In this document: positions 20,969 through 31,848 of the stretch, piece by piece
Position numbering within the stretch: the first letter of the stretch is position 1
Layout of the letters: every line of letters begins with the position of its first letter
Source of the DNA: Methylotenera sp.
GTDB taxonomy: Bacteria; Pseudomonadota; Gammaproteobacteria; Burkholderiales; Methylophilaceae
Length of the DNA stretch: 64,000 bases
Assembly: GCA_021732405.1 (NCBI GenBank)
Contig: JAKFVB010000022.1
Location: 552 to 64,551, forward strand
Reading direction: 5' to 3'
The notes under the pieces: model-generated
Database searches by the model: none
What the model saw: only the letters and a program-made list of their open reading frames with translations
What the model was told of the DNA's origin: nothing
Translations under genes and position numbers: made by a program

Positions 20969-22182
20969 TTCATTGCATCTTTCATGAAAAGATTTGACTC
21001 AGTTTCTTGGGTTAACCTTTCCCAAGTATAGCCAGCCATTATCTGCTGACGCGCGGCGTGTTCCATTTGGGTTTTTAATAGTGAATTAGCTAAAATATCT
21101 ACCGCTACTTTTGCGGTTTTTTCTGGGTCGTTTGCATTCACTAGCAGGCCGTTTACACCATTTTTTATAATCTCTGGCACACCTCCTACCGCAGTGCTGA
21201 CCAAGCATGTGCCTGAAGCCATCGCTTCTAACACCACTAGCGGGCAAGGGTCTTGCCACACCGATGGCAATACAACAATATCTGCTGCTGAATATACATA
21301 TCGCAATTTGTCGTGCGGCATAAAGCCTGTAAAGATAATCGCTGTGCTCACTGGTTTTGCTAGCTCAACAAGTGATTGCTCATAATCTGTTTTGGTAGCA
21401 CCGCCAAAAAATGAACTGCCCGCGATGATTAACCTTGTGTGCGGTAGTTGTGCGTGAATAGTAATAAAGGCTTTAATTAATACGTGCACGCCCTTAATTT
21501 CGGTTAATCGCCCAACGTAAAGCAAATAGGTTTTATCGGGCTGTATATCAATTAAGCCTCTCAACTGGCTAACGGCCTCATCACCATATGGCTTAAATAT
21601 TTCAGGGTCAGTGGCGTTAAATACTACGGTGAATTTATCGGCATATTCTGGAAAATACTGCAGCGCATGGCGCCTAATATAATCGCTAACACAAATAACT
21701 TTATCTACCTTTTTAAGTGCGCGGCGATAAAACGGCCTAAAAAGCGCAATACCTAAATGCGCATTGTGCATATGTAAAATAAGCGTTTGTTGCGGCATTT
21801 TTTTCATAAAAAATAAAAAATTAGGTTCGTTATGAATCACCACCATATCAAACTCGCGCACTAATTTAGCCATTCGCAGACCATAAGAAACCACGTTTTG
21901 TATTTTGGCGATGTAGCGTAGCGGGTTACGCCATGTGACTTTTTCTTTTATTTTGTAAAAAAACTGCTCTGTTTTTGTCCAAGCGATTGTTAAATAGCGA
22001 ACATTTTTAACACCAATTGCATCAGCTGGCCGCGATACTATCGTGATATCAAATTGCGCTTGGTCTAACCGTTGAGAAACCTCATGCACCCAATGCTCAA
22101 CCGCACCACCTTTAACAGGCGGTACTGGCAACATTTCTGGCACCACAATGGCTAGGCTTTTTTTAGGTATGTTTTGATTCAA
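20965..22182 (-). CDS. Glycosyltransferase family 4
   Basis: PPVKGGAVE, VGRLTEIKG, DPCPLVVLEAMASG. Confidence 0.9.
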   Translation of the reverse strand: MNQNIPKKSLAIVVPEMLPVPPVKGGAVEHWVHEVSQRLDQAQFDITIVSRPADAIGVKNVRYLTIAWTKTEQFFYKIKEKVTWRNPLRYIAKIQNVVSYGLRMAKLVREFDMVVIHNEPNFLFFMKKMPQQTLILHMHNAHLGIALFRPFYRRALKKVDKVICVSDYIRRHALQYFPEYADKFTVVFNATDPEIFKPYGDEAVSQLRGLIDIQPDKTYLLYVGRLTEIKGVHVLIKAFITIHAQLPHTRLIIAGSSFFGGATKTDYEQSLVELAKPVSTAIIFTGFMPHDKLRYVYSAADIVVLPSVWQDPCPLVVLEAMASGTCLVSTAVGGVPEIIKNGVNGLLVNANDPEKTAKVAVDILANSLLKTQMEHAARQQIMAGYTWERLTQETESNLFMKDAMK

Positions 22183-22197
22183 GATGGCGTTTTCTGG

Positions 22198-24582
22198 TTA
22201 TTGCTGCTGGCTAATACTGCTAGTTGATACCACTTCAAAATACGTGGTTGCGCCATGGCTTAATTGGCTAATATCTAGCTCAAACTCAATACCAGCATCG
22301 GTTGGTTTAACGGCAATCACATCTTGGCGCTGGCCGCGTAAATTGGTAGAAAACACCGTTAGCTGGCTTTTATAAGGTGTTTTAATGGCCAGCTTTACCT
22401 TTGCTGCTTTGATCACCACTGGCAGTTTGCCAATATCTTGCAAAATGCTTTCGCTGGCATCGCTAAAGCGCATATCGCTATTTCTGGCATCGGTAGCCAG
22501 CACAATTAGCATGCGTTTGCTGTTTGCCAACACTTGCCCATCCATCGCCGATACTGCAACCAAAGCTGCGCCGCTAGCCGACAAAACTGAAAGCTGGTTT
22601 AGCTGAATTATTGCTGGCTCGTCAAACACAACCGCCTCGGTTTTAGGAGTAATCACCATCATGCGTTTTTGCGGCGCATCCAACAAAATTTCACCCGTAT
22701 CACTTTGGTAAATACCTGCTTCAGGGTTGGTTAAGTTGCTAGCGTTAAGCAATTTAGCATCGCGCAAATTTTGCACGCGCGCTGCCCAGCGGTCATCCGC
22801 TAGCAGTTTCACCTTGCTCACTTTGTACGCCAAGCCGCTGGCATATTCTTTTAATAAGCCATGTAGTTTTAAGCCCAAATTAGTGGTGGGCTGCACCAGT
22901 TTGCCAAAACCCGCTTTATTTAATCGCAAACCTGGCTGATTAAAATCAATTTCTGCTGCTGCTTTTTGATTAATTGTTAGCTTAGGTTTGGGCTGCCAAT
23001 CTAATCCAACCCCTGTCACTAAACTTAATTTAGAAACATCCGCAGGCGTATTGCCCAAATGCGCGCTGTTTTGAAATGCATCTTGCGGCGTGAGTTTTAC
23101 GCTAATGGTATTTAGCGCAGGTGCTACATCCCCGCGCAAATAGAGTAATGCAGCTAGCGTTTCAGTGGCGCGCGATATGGGGTCTTGCCCTACTGCAAAA
23201 GAATTAATCCTATTTTTATTGGCATTCGTTTGCGTGCCAGCATAACTTAGCGTAACTGCCCCAGAATGCTGGCAAATTCCACCCCAGCTTTGCAGTGCTG
23301 CATAAGCAGGTAGGGCTAAACCCGATTCGCGCCTGTATTGATTCCAAAAAACTTGGCCATGCTCACTGACTGTGTATGCTTTGCCTAAATGTTTAGCTGC
23401 TGTTAGCTCTCTGATATAGGCTGCATGATTTTCTAGCATGCTGTCTTGGCGTACCTTTAGTTGCGTACCCACATAATCCGGGTGACCAAAATAATTATGC
23501 ATATCAACCCAGTTAAACTGGCCGCGCGTTGCTTGTGTGGCTGGCGCATGCCATAAATTGTAGCTACTCACTTGGCCTGTAAAACCAAGTTTGCGCACAT
23601 ATTGCGTCATCCAATCTGCGGTCTTTTTTTCGGTATCCACAAAAAATGCTTGTGTATCAGCCATGCGTAGCGATGTCCAAGCGTCTGGTGCAGGAAACTT
23701 AACCTGATTTTTATCCCAATTTTTATCTAAATTATTTTCTATATTTTCATCGGACTTGAGTTCACTGATACCTGTGGTTTTACTAGTCCAAGCGGATTTA
23801 AGTTTAGCGTTGCTACCATATTTTGCCTTAAGCCATTTGGCAAAATGGGGATTAAATTCCAGCTTAACACCGTTGCGATTCACAAAAGTTAAGTTGTTTT
23901 CGTTGACTAAAATCATGCCTGCAAAAGCAGGGTCTTTTATGGTTGCTAGGCCTGTATAAGGGTTTACGCTACCATACATTTTGGCAATCAATTGCCTCCA
24001 ATGCGCTTGGCTCTCTGCATCAAAATACACGCCCGCATGCAAACCTTTTTTGCCTATCCACCGCTCATTAACGTTGCCGTAACCGCCATTATCGTTACTT
24101 AATCCATTTAAAATGTAATAAATACCGTTACGTTTTAATGCAGCCAGCAAATAATAAAAACGGTCTAGTTGCTCTGGATTAAAATCAAAATCTTGCTGGC
24201 GCGCTTCCATTAATGTCGCCTCTACAAAATCCAGCCGCGCCATATTGTAGCCATGCAAACGAAATTGCTGCACATACAAATCGGTAACTGCATGACTGGG
24301 AAAGCTGCCCGTTGCGACACCAAAACCTAATGAACCAATCAAAAAGCGCTGATTTTTATTCGGCTCATTTTCAAGTGCCCAGTGGCCTTGATTATTGATT
24401 ATAAGCTTTGTTTTAATTGGTTTTTCCGGTGGCATTAAGTTAGAAAAATCTAAAATACTGCCCTCTTCAACCATCAATGAAACATCTTTTACTGGCACCC
24501 ATGTGTCTGCAGCTAAACTTGTGTCGGTAAACAAAAAGCTAATTGCTACAGGCAATAAAAAAGCCACCACTGCCGCTTTCAT
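22198..24582 (-). CDS. Secreted/periplasmic clan GH-A-like glycoside hydrolase associated with the EPS locus
   Basis: Signal peptide; GYNMARL, LVNE (acid/base-like), DMHNY, TVSEHG (nucleophile-like). Confidence 0.6.
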   Translation of the reverse strand: MKAAVVAFLLPVAISFLFTDTSLAADTWVPVKDVSLMVEEGSILDFSNLMPPEKPIKTKLIINNQGHWALENEPNKNQRFLIGSLGFGVATGSFPSHAVTDLYVQQFRLHGYNMARLDFVEATLMEARQQDFDFNPEQLDRFYYLLAALKRNGIYYILNGLSNDNGGYGNVNERWIGKKGLHAGVYFDAESQAHWRQLIAKMYGSVNPYTGLATIKDPAFAGMILVNENNLTFVNRNGVKLEFNPHFAKWLKAKYGSNAKLKSAWTSKTTGISELKSDENIENNLDKNWDKNQVKFPAPDAWTSLRMADTQAFFVDTEKKTADWMTQYVRKLGFTGQVSSYNLWHAPATQATRGQFNWVDMHNYFGHPDYVGTQLKVRQDSMLENHAAYIRELTAAKHLGKAYTVSEHGQVFWNQYRRESGLALPAYAALQSWGGICQHSGAVTLSYAGTQTNANKNRINSFAVGQDPISRATETLAALLYLRGDVAPALNTISVKLTPQDAFQNSAHLGNTPADVSKLSLVTGVGLDWQPKPKLTINQKAAAEIDFNQPGLRLNKAGFGKLVQPTTNLGLKLHGLLKEYASGLAYKVSKVKLLADDRWAARVQNLRDAKLLNASNLTNPEAGIYQSDTGEILLDAPQKRMMVITPKTEAVVFDEPAIIQLNQLSVLSASGAALVAVSAMDGQVLANSKRMLIVLATDARNSDMRFSDASESILQDIGKLPVVIKAAKVKLAIKTPYKSQLTVFSTNLRGQRQDVIAVKPTDAGIEFELDISQLSHGATTYFEVVSTSSISQQQ

Positions 24583-25511
24583 AAACGTATCACTTGACGA
24601 CAGTAATCAATGCAAAACACAGCAAAGCCAGGCAATAATGCGGCTAAACAAAGTGCATATGCGCCTACATTTGAAAACCTAGATACATTCATAAAACGAC
24701 CATCTGCCGCATGAAAGCTATAGCGCACATACAGCACTGCCCATTTAATAAACGTTTTTGGGTCATCAAAAAAATAGCGTAAATCTCTGTTTAATAGTTG
24801 CAGAAAATAACCTTTAACCAGTGCTTTTTTTTGCGGATTAGCTTTGGTTATTTGATTGCCAGAATCTTGATAAAAAATTCTTAATGGTTCATTAATGCAG
24901 CGAATCTTATATTTGCTTGCAATGGCATCCCATACAATATTTTCTGGCACAAAACGCACTGATTTATCTTCTGGAAAAGGATATTGTTTTAACACTTCAG
25001 TACGATGAAATCCCCAGCATTCGCCACGTTTTTTGTGCTTATAACGCAAATCTAAGGCGTTGGTGTCTAACGGATGACTTGCAAACAGGTCACCACAAAT
25101 TTCACCATTCTCGTACTGGCATAAAGTGACAATACCTGTAAATTCTGCGCGCTTATTGTCTGGAATAAGCTGCCACCAATGCAGCATTTTTTCTAAGGAA
25201 TCAGGCAAAAAACCATCATCTGAATCAATCGGCAAAAACAACTCTCCACGCGCTAAATTTACCCCTTTGTTAAAGGCAATATGCTTGCCTGAATTAGGCT
25301 GAAGTGTGTATAAAATGGGGAAGTTCGCTATTTTCTGCCATTGTTTAATAAGCTGATGCGTACCATCTGTAGAGCCATCATCTACAATCACCCACTCAAA
25401 ATCGTGAAAAGTTTGCGCAGCCAAACTATCAAAAACGCGGTATAAAGTATGTGCGCGATTGTAGGTTGGGGTAAATACAGTGAATTTTGGTTTAGCAGCT
25501 ATTGGTTGCAT
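24579..25511 (-). CDS. Glycosyltransferase family 2
   Basis: VFTPTYNR, VDDGSTDGT, IDSDD. Confidence 0.9.
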   Translation of the reverse strand: MQPIAAKPKFTVFTPTYNRAHTLYRVFDSLAAQTFHDFEWVIVDDGSTDGTHQLIKQWQKIANFPILYTLQPNSGKHIAFNKGVNLARGELFLPIDSDDGFLPDSLEKMLHWWQLIPDNKRAEFTGIVTLCQYENGEICGDLFASHPLDTNALDLRYKHKKRGECWGFHRTEVLKQYPFPEDKSVRFVPENIVWDAIASKYKIRCINEPLRIFYQDSGNQITKANPQKKALVKGYFLQLLNRDLRYFFDDPKTFIKWAVLYVRYSFHAADGRFMNVSRFSNVGAYALCLAALLPGFAVFCIDYCRQVIRL

Positions 25512-26710
25512 AAGTGTTCATATTTCTTTGCCAAATCGGCGGTTAATACATCATAACCACGCATTTTTTTAATATACCGCGTACCAGATTTTGCCATTAT
25601 TGTTTTTTGGTTACTGTTATTCATCAATAACAAAACAGACTTTGCAAATGCATCAGCACTTAACTCAACACAAAGCCCTGCGCCACTTTCTGTTAACACT
25701 TGCATTTGGTCAGGATTATCATTTGCAATAATCGGCAAACCAAAAGCCATATACTCAACCGCTTTGGTGGGCGATGCCATATCAAGCAAATACCCACGTG
25801 GAAATGGTGATAAACCGATTTCGGCTGCTTTTAAATAACGCCATGCATCTTGCATTGGTAGCCAGTCAGTCCACAAAATTTGCTGCATCACACCTAACCG
25901 TTGTGCTTCTTGTTTTAACCAATCTCGGTGCGTTTTGTCTTCTGCATCGCCTGCCAACACCAGCAAAATATCAGGTAATTGTTGCTTCAACATGACAAGC
26001 ATTTCAAACAGAATATGAATCTGGCGCGATTTGTCTAGCGTACCCAAATAAATAATGACGCGTTTGCCAGCAAGCCTTGCATCATCACTGGCTGCGATTT
26101 TATCTGGCTGTGCAATCTCTAAATCAACGCCCATTGGCACTGCTGTCATCTTTTGTGGGTTAACGCCTTGCAGCGCTAACATTTCAAGCATATTTTGGCT
26201 TTGCACAAACACATGATTGGCATTTGGCAAAATAATTTTATATAGTAAAAATTTCCCGATAGCGCCTTGCAATAGCGGAAACCAATATCGCATACCAGCA
26301 CTTGCACCACGCGCTTTTGCACGCTCAATTTGGCCTTCTGATTGCGGATAAGAAAGCCAATAGTAAAACGGTATATTTTTAAATTTGCACATCACGATTG
26401 CAGCAAGCGCAATCAATGTCATATCGCGCACTTGCACGGCTTGATATTGCGCGTAATCCGCGCTAATTAACACCTTGCATTGATGCAAAAATTTGAAAAT
26501 ATATTGCCCTGCGCGGTTTTGTGGCACTTTGCACAATAGTGCTTTGCCCGCTGGCCAATATGCTGCTTTTACCGTGCTTACATCTTGTTCAGTCACTAAA
26601 TCACAAGTAATACCCAAACGTGGTAAATATTTGCCAAATAATGTAGTGACATCGGCCCTAAAAGTAGGCCATTGTTCTGCGGTTAAATAGAGAATATGCA
26701 TGTTAAACAA
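25499..26710 (-). CDS. Glycosyltransferase family 4
   Basis: VPMGVD, YLGTL, SPTKAVEYMAFGLP. Confidence 0.85.
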   Translation of the reverse strand: MFNMHILYLTAEQWPTFRADVTTLFGKYLPRLGITCDLVTEQDVSTVKAAYWPAGKALLCKVPQNRAGQYIFKFLHQCKVLISADYAQYQAVQVRDMTLIALAAIVMCKFKNIPFYYWLSYPQSEGQIERAKARGASAGMRYWFPLLQGAIGKFLLYKIILPNANHVFVQSQNMLEMLALQGVNPQKMTAVPMGVDLEIAQPDKIAASDDARLAGKRVIIYLGTLDKSRQIHILFEMLVMLKQQLPDILLVLAGDAEDKTHRDWLKQEAQRLGVMQQILWTDWLPMQDAWRYLKAAEIGLSPFPRGYLLDMASPTKAVEYMAFGLPIIANDNPDQMQVLTESGAGLCVELSADAFAKSVLLLMNNSNQKTIMAKSGTRYIKKMRGYDVLTADLAKKYEHLCNQ

Positions 26711-28190
26711 GCATTTTTTTTGCTAATTGTATTTCGCGCTGCTGTTGCTGATGCAAAAATGCGGCGTATCCCAACATCAGCGAAATAATCAGCTCATGTA
26801 CTAATAAATTCACTTGGCTATCGGAGTAGATTAAGAAGAATAAGGTTAAAGCAATACCCGCTTGCAAAGCCATACAGTCTGCTTTTACTTGTGGGTTTGT
26901 TGAATTGCGCCATAACTTGCCAATTTGCACCCAAGCGGCTAGAAAAATGCTTATATACATTGTTAGCCCAACAACACCTAAATCCCACAACAAGGTAGAA
27001 ATAGTGGTTAAGTTAATACCGTAATTGGGATACAAACGTGCGATATGACCAGCATCGAAACCGTTGCCATAAGAGCTGCCTAAACCATGGCCGAATAAAA
27101 AGCTGATTGGGTCTTGCCAGCTGTGAAACTTAGCCCAAAAGGTCATCACAGTGGTGCGATTAAGTAATAGTGTGCCGTAGCCGACTTCTTGCACGTTGTA
27201 GCGCAAAATACCAGTAATTGCTTCATCAAAGCTGCTATCCAGCAAGATATACACATAAAAATAGGCCAATATTGCAGTCAATATAAGCATTAACCCGAAC
27301 ACTGGGATATATTTTGCAGGCTGGCGCATAATATCTTTGCGCAATAATACAAAAGCTAACAAAGGTAGAATGACTACAACTACTTTTGTTTCACCCAATG
27401 CAAGTGGTAACAACAAAATACCAGCGAGCAATGCCGCGCGCGATGTTTCAATTAAGCCTACTTTCCAGCGCGCAAACACAAATGCAGCTGCAATCAACAC
27501 AAAAGTAACCATAATAGAGTTAGGGCTGCCGCCTTCTAAATTGGCGCCCATTGTGCCTGCCACAACGTCAGTTGCCTCACCACCTGCTGCTAAGCCACCA
27601 CGCAAAGGCACTAAAATAAATCGTTCAAATACTGCAAAAGGTAGTTGTAAAAGCGCAATAATTAGTAACAACTTAAGCCATAAATCAAAATCTTGCTTGT
27701 TATTCGCTAAAGTCACTAAGGCCAGCAATAAGCCAAAGGTTTGAAAGTAGCGTTTAAACCCTGTAAATAGCTCACCTAAACCATGTAATTGCGAAACGCT
27801 GACAATGAGTGCATACAGCACAAAAATAAGGGCAAGCCAAATAAACAGCGGTATCGTTTTTTTTTGTTCTGGATTAAAACTAAATAAATTCAATAAGCCC
27901 GGCACAAACAACAATAACGCCATCATAGAAACAGCCCACAGCACGCGATGAAAACCGTGCCCCACCATATCCAACAAAGCTGGTGTTGCCAAGCCAAGCG
28001 CAATCACTAGCCAGATGGTTTTTTTAGGAATTGCCAGTAAAAATGTACCGCCAACCAAGCCTGCTGCTAGCCCAATTAAAATGGGGTTTGCAGTCACTGA
28101 AATTAAGCCAAACAAAAAGGCAAGGCCACTGGCCACCATAAAGAAAGCCACTTTTACCCAAATGCCATGTCCATTTTTTAGTGTTTGCAT
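26703..28190 (-). CDS. Putative Wzy polysaccharide polymerase / O-antigen-ligase-like protein
   Basis: About 12 TM segments; FLFGHGLGS and LWDLGVVG motifs; lies within the GT cluster. Confidence 0.7.
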   Translation of the reverse strand: MQTLKNGHGIWVKVAFFMVASGLAFLFGLISVTANPILIGLAAGLVGGTFLLAIPKKTIWLVIALGLATPALLDMVGHGFHRVLWAVSMMALLLFVPGLLNLFSFNPEQKKTIPLFIWLALIFVLYALIVSVSQLHGLGELFTGFKRYFQTFGLLLALVTLANNKQDFDLWLKLLLIIALLQLPFAVFERFILVPLRGGLAAGGEATDVVAGTMGANLEGGSPNSIMVTFVLIAAAFVFARWKVGLIETSRAALLAGILLLPLALGETKVVVVILPLLAFVLLRKDIMRQPAKYIPVFGLMLILTAILAYFYVYILLDSSFDEAITGILRYNVQEVGYGTLLLNRTTVMTFWAKFHSWQDPISFLFGHGLGSSYGNGFDAGHIARLYPNYGINLTTISTLLWDLGVVGLTMYISIFLAAWVQIGKLWRNSTNPQVKADCMALQAGIALTLFFLIYSDSQVNLLVHELIISLMLGYAAFLHQQQQREIQLAKKMLV

Positions 28191-28229
28191 ATTGTTAACA
28201 TCATTTTTTATTCAACTTTTTGATTAAAT

Positions 28230-30326
28230 TTATTGCTGAATCAAGCTGAAATTTTGTTGCTTAGCTGCACTTAACCTTTGTATGGCATCTAAAAATACAG
28301 GCTCTATTTTGCTCCAAACATGTTGCCTGCCAGACATGACAGCATGATGTTTAAATTTAGGCAGCTCATGCTTATTGGTGTGCAATTGAAATATGGCATG
28401 TGCTAGCGATTGCGCATCGTAATCAAATATCAGCCCATTTTGCCAATCGTTTATGTAGCGCGTATGGGTGCGAATATTACTGGCCAACACGGGTATGCCT
28501 GCCACCAAATATTCAAACAATTTGGTTGGCGGGTTAAATTCGTTCCATTGATTTTGCTCCCAAAGGCAAATGCCCACATCTGCTTGCGCTAAATATGTGG
28601 GTATTTCATGCCCCGACACACGACCCACAAGGTGCACAAATTGCTCAATTTTTAATGCTTTAACACGCTGTTGGCAAAAAGCTAATTCCGACTCTGTTGC
28701 GCCAACAATGGTTAATTTAATGGCACTGTTTCGCTTTAACAGCAACGTATCTTTGGCTAAAATCGCCATGGCATCTAGCATCACATCGCGGCCACGCGCT
28801 TGGCTTACAGTGCCAATATAAATCAACTGAATCGGCTTGTTTTGTGGCGTCTCTGTTTTAGCATGCTGCATAAAACTATCAGCCACGCCCATGTAAATCA
28901 TTTTAATTTTTGCAGCTTTTACGCCATGCCGTATTAAATCTTCTTGATGATCTTCACCAATTGGCATAATTAAATCTGCACGTTTTGCACCGTAAAAAAC
29001 CAGCCAATGCGCCATTTTTGCCAAAGTATTACGCACGGGTGAAAACGTTTTTAGCACATGCATTAAATTAGTCGGATGCTCATTCCAATACAAACAAGTT
29101 GGAATTTTTCCCACCATTAAACTAATGGGCGACGCGCTAGAATGCAATAGAACTGCCAAGCTTGGCTGCTGTTTGCGTATGGTGTTAGCACATTGCACCA
29201 AATAATATAGCCAGCCAAATTTGCCACTTTTTCGCCCCAGCGCTACGTAATTTGCACCCTCAATCATTAATTCAGTTTGGGTAAGCGCATCTTGGCTCAA
29301 AATAGTCAGCTGATAATGCTTAGCCAATGCATGCAGACGATAGGAAAAATCCAAATAACCAGGCTGATTTTCAGAGAAGCAAGTAACGACCATACAGATT
29401 GGCCGCGAATCTTTTCTGTCAATCAAATTTCGCATTTTTAAATAGCCAGCGCCAACAATTAATTCTTTTACAAACGCCTTAAAACCAAAGTGATTGGCAG
29501 ATTTACACCACATTTTTGCAGTGCGTAAAGGTTCCGGCATATCAACCAATGCTTTCATATAAAATGCCCCCCTGCCTGCTAAATAGCTTGATTCAATTTT
29601 GGCTAAATCACTCGCAGTACGGCGACGATGATGATGAGAAACAACGATATTGGGGCAATATTTACCGTGTACTCCTGTGTTTAAGGCTCTCAGTAAAATA
29701 TCACAGTCCTCACAAGGGTATGGCGTACCAGCACCCATTAACGGGTCAAAGCCGCCAATTTTCTCTAGTAAATCTCTGGTAAAAGCAAAGTTAGCGCCAT
29801 GAATGTAACCTGGGCCAATAAAAGAATAAGCATTAAAATAGTCAAAGTTTTCACTGAGCTTTATTGTGATTGGTAAATCTTCAGGATCATGCAATAACAC
29901 TCTACCACCCACAAAACCAATATTTTTTTCTATAAACGCTAATGCCAAATTATCAATAAAATTAGCTTCTGGATAACAGTCATCATCAGTAAAGGCAATA
30001 ATCTTGGCCTGAGAATGGCTCCATCCAGCATTTTTGGCACTTGATGAACCTGTTATCTTTTCATGCACAATGCTGACTGGTATCGCTGATTGTTGCGCGA
30101 ATCTTGCCAATACGTTTGCTGTGTCATCGCTGCTGTTGTTATCTACAAAAATGATTTCCCATAATATGGATGATTGGATTGCTGCTAACGATGCTAAATG
30201 ATTAGGCAAAAATTGCGCGCGATTACGTGTGCAAATCACTAAAGAAATGGATATTGTTTCCTGTATTTCACTCTCAATACCCAAGGCCTGAATATTGTTG
30301 TCTGTAGTTAATTCTTTATCAATCAT
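28230..30326 (-). CDS. GT2-GT4 bifunctional glycosyltransferase
   Basis: N-terminal ICTRNR/VDNNSSD/FTDDD (GT2) and C-terminal PTKLFEYLVAGIP (GT4); ATG 30326 avoids overlap with wzx. Confidence 0.8.
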   Translation of the reverse strand: MIDKELTTDNNIQALGIESEIQETISISLVICTRNRAQFLPNHLASLAAIQSSILWEIIFVDNNSSDDTANVLARFAQQSAIPVSIVHEKITGSSSAKNAGWSHSQAKIIAFTDDDCYPEANFIDNLALAFIEKNIGFVGGRVLLHDPEDLPITIKLSENFDYFNAYSFIGPGYIHGANFAFTRDLLEKIGGFDPLMGAGTPYPCEDCDILLRALNTGVHGKYCPNIVVSHHHRRRTASDLAKIESSYLAGRGAFYMKALVDMPEPLRTAKMWCKSANHFGFKAFVKELIVGAGYLKMRNLIDRKDSRPICMVVTCFSENQPGYLDFSYRLHALAKHYQLTILSQDALTQTELMIEGANYVALGRKSGKFGWLYYLVQCANTIRKQQPSLAVLLHSSASPISLMVGKIPTCLYWNEHPTNLMHVLKTFSPVRNTLAKMAHWLVFYGAKRADLIMPIGEDHQEDLIRHGVKAAKIKMIYMGVADSFMQHAKTETPQNKPIQLIYIGTVSQARGRDVMLDAMAILAKDTLLLKRNSAIKLTIVGATESELAFCQQRVKALKIEQFVHLVGRVSGHEIPTYLAQADVGICLWEQNQWNEFNPPTKLFEYLVAGIPVLASNIRTHTRYINDWQNGLIFDYDAQSLAHAIFQLHTNKHELPKFKHHAVMSGRQHVWSKIEPVFLDAIQRLSAAKQQNFSLIQQ

Positions 30327-30345
30327 ATTTCTAATCGCATAAAAT

Positions 30346-31812
30346 CTATATAAGCTGTAAGCGTAAGATTTGGCGTAATAGCTTGATTTCTTGCCAATAA
30401 ATAAATCGTATGCATACAACAAACACGGCCACAATAATGATTGCTTTACTTATTGCGACAATAATATTAGGCAGATTCACAAGTACTTCAATGGCAAATA
30501 GATAAGTGACAAATAGCCAAGCAATCGCAATCATTAATGTGACGACAGCAGCCGCTTTTAATGCAGAAAAATATTCTGTTAGTGTGTAATTAACCACGTT
30601 ACGTGATAGCCAAAGACTTAAAGGCAGTACCAGTAAAATTTTGATTGGGTTAGCAGCAGCCGCAGCTAAGATGCCAAATTGACTCAATAACGCCAGTAAA
30701 CTTAAGGAAACAATTGTGTCTACTAACATCAGTGTAAAAAACGCTTTATTTCGGTTATTTGCCAACAATACAAAACCATTTAAACTGCAAAATCCTGCCA
30801 ACAATCCTGTCAAGAACAAAATCTGAGCTATTGGCGCACTTGATGTCCATTTAACGCCGAATACAATCGGAACCCAATCGGGCGATAAAGCAACTGCAAT
30901 CATAAATATTGGCGCTGTAATCAATGCAGAAAACTTAATTGATGTTAAAAACATCGCCTTTAATCGTTGTTTATCATTTTGTAGCCTACCAAATGCAGAG
31001 GCTATAACACCAGTTGCCGCCTGTAACACACCATCATTTAACACTTGAAATATTTTTTTACCCATTGCGTAAAAACCTAAATCACGCATGCCAAATATAC
31101 TGCCAATGATGAGGGTATCTGCAGACTGTGATAAAACATCTAAAATACGACTTGAAACGATACCCCAACCATCTTGCAGGGCTTTTTTTAAGTAGGCTAT
31201 TTCAAAGTCAAACGATGGACGCCAGTTACTTAATTTAAAGCAATAATAGGTATCGATTATCACTTCAATTACCTGTTTTAAAACCAGGCTCCATAACCCA
31301 TAACCCGCAATCGCTAGCATAATAGCTATAACCGAACTCGCAGAAATTGCTACTAGGGAGCGAATAGCCAATCCTTTATAATCCATTTGACGACGCAATA
31401 ATGCCTCTGGAATTTTTGCAGCTGCGGATATTGGTAAAGTAAAAGCCAGCACTATCATGGCGATAATGGAGTCGGGATTTGTTTTATCAGGGTTAACATG
31501 CCCCGTTAGCAATAGAGCTATTAGTAATAATGCTATCGCCAATGAAACGACGACTTGAAACCACCATATGCCAAGCTCTATTAGTCTTGAAGAATCGTGA
31601 TTGTAAACAATGTATTCTGCAAGCCCTAAATCGGCAATTACGGCCAATAAAGAAAGCCAGCCTAAAATATAGCTAATTAGCCCTATTTCTTCTGGGTTGA
31701 GTATTCTTGTTAATATGAAAAATACTAATAGCGTGGCTACACGCGTGCCCCAACTTCTTATTGCAGACCAAGCAACCGCTCCTGCCACTCCGTTTTTCGC
31801 AACTGTTTTCAA
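30346..31812 (-). CDS. wzx: Wzx-type flippase
   Basis: LTRILNPEEIG, IADLGL, GYGLWSLV, DLGFYAMG; multi-TM PST family. Confidence 0.85.
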   Translation of the reverse strand: MKTVAKNGVAGAVAWSAIRSWGTRVATLLVFFILTRILNPEEIGLISYILGWLSLLAVIADLGLAEYIVYNHDSSRLIELGIWWFQVVVSLAIALLLIALLLTGHVNPDKTNPDSIIAMIVLAFTLPISAAAKIPEALLRRQMDYKGLAIRSLVAISASSVIAIMLAIAGYGLWSLVLKQVIEVIIDTYYCFKLSNWRPSFDFEIAYLKKALQDGWGIVSSRILDVLSQSADTLIIGSIFGMRDLGFYAMGKKIFQVLNDGVLQAATGVIASAFGRLQNDKQRLKAMFLTSIKFSALITAPIFMIAVALSPDWVPIVFGVKWTSSAPIAQILFLTGLLAGFCSLNGFVLLANNRNKAFFTLMLVDTIVSLSLLALLSQFGILAAAAANPIKILLVLPLSLWLSRNVVNYTLTEYFSALKAAAVVTLMIAIAWLFVTYLFAIEVLVNLPNIIVAISKAIIIVAVFVVCIRFIYWQEIKLLRQILRLQLI

Positions 31813-31848
31813 CGTATTATTTCAGATAGCCGACTGATAGCTGGTTTG

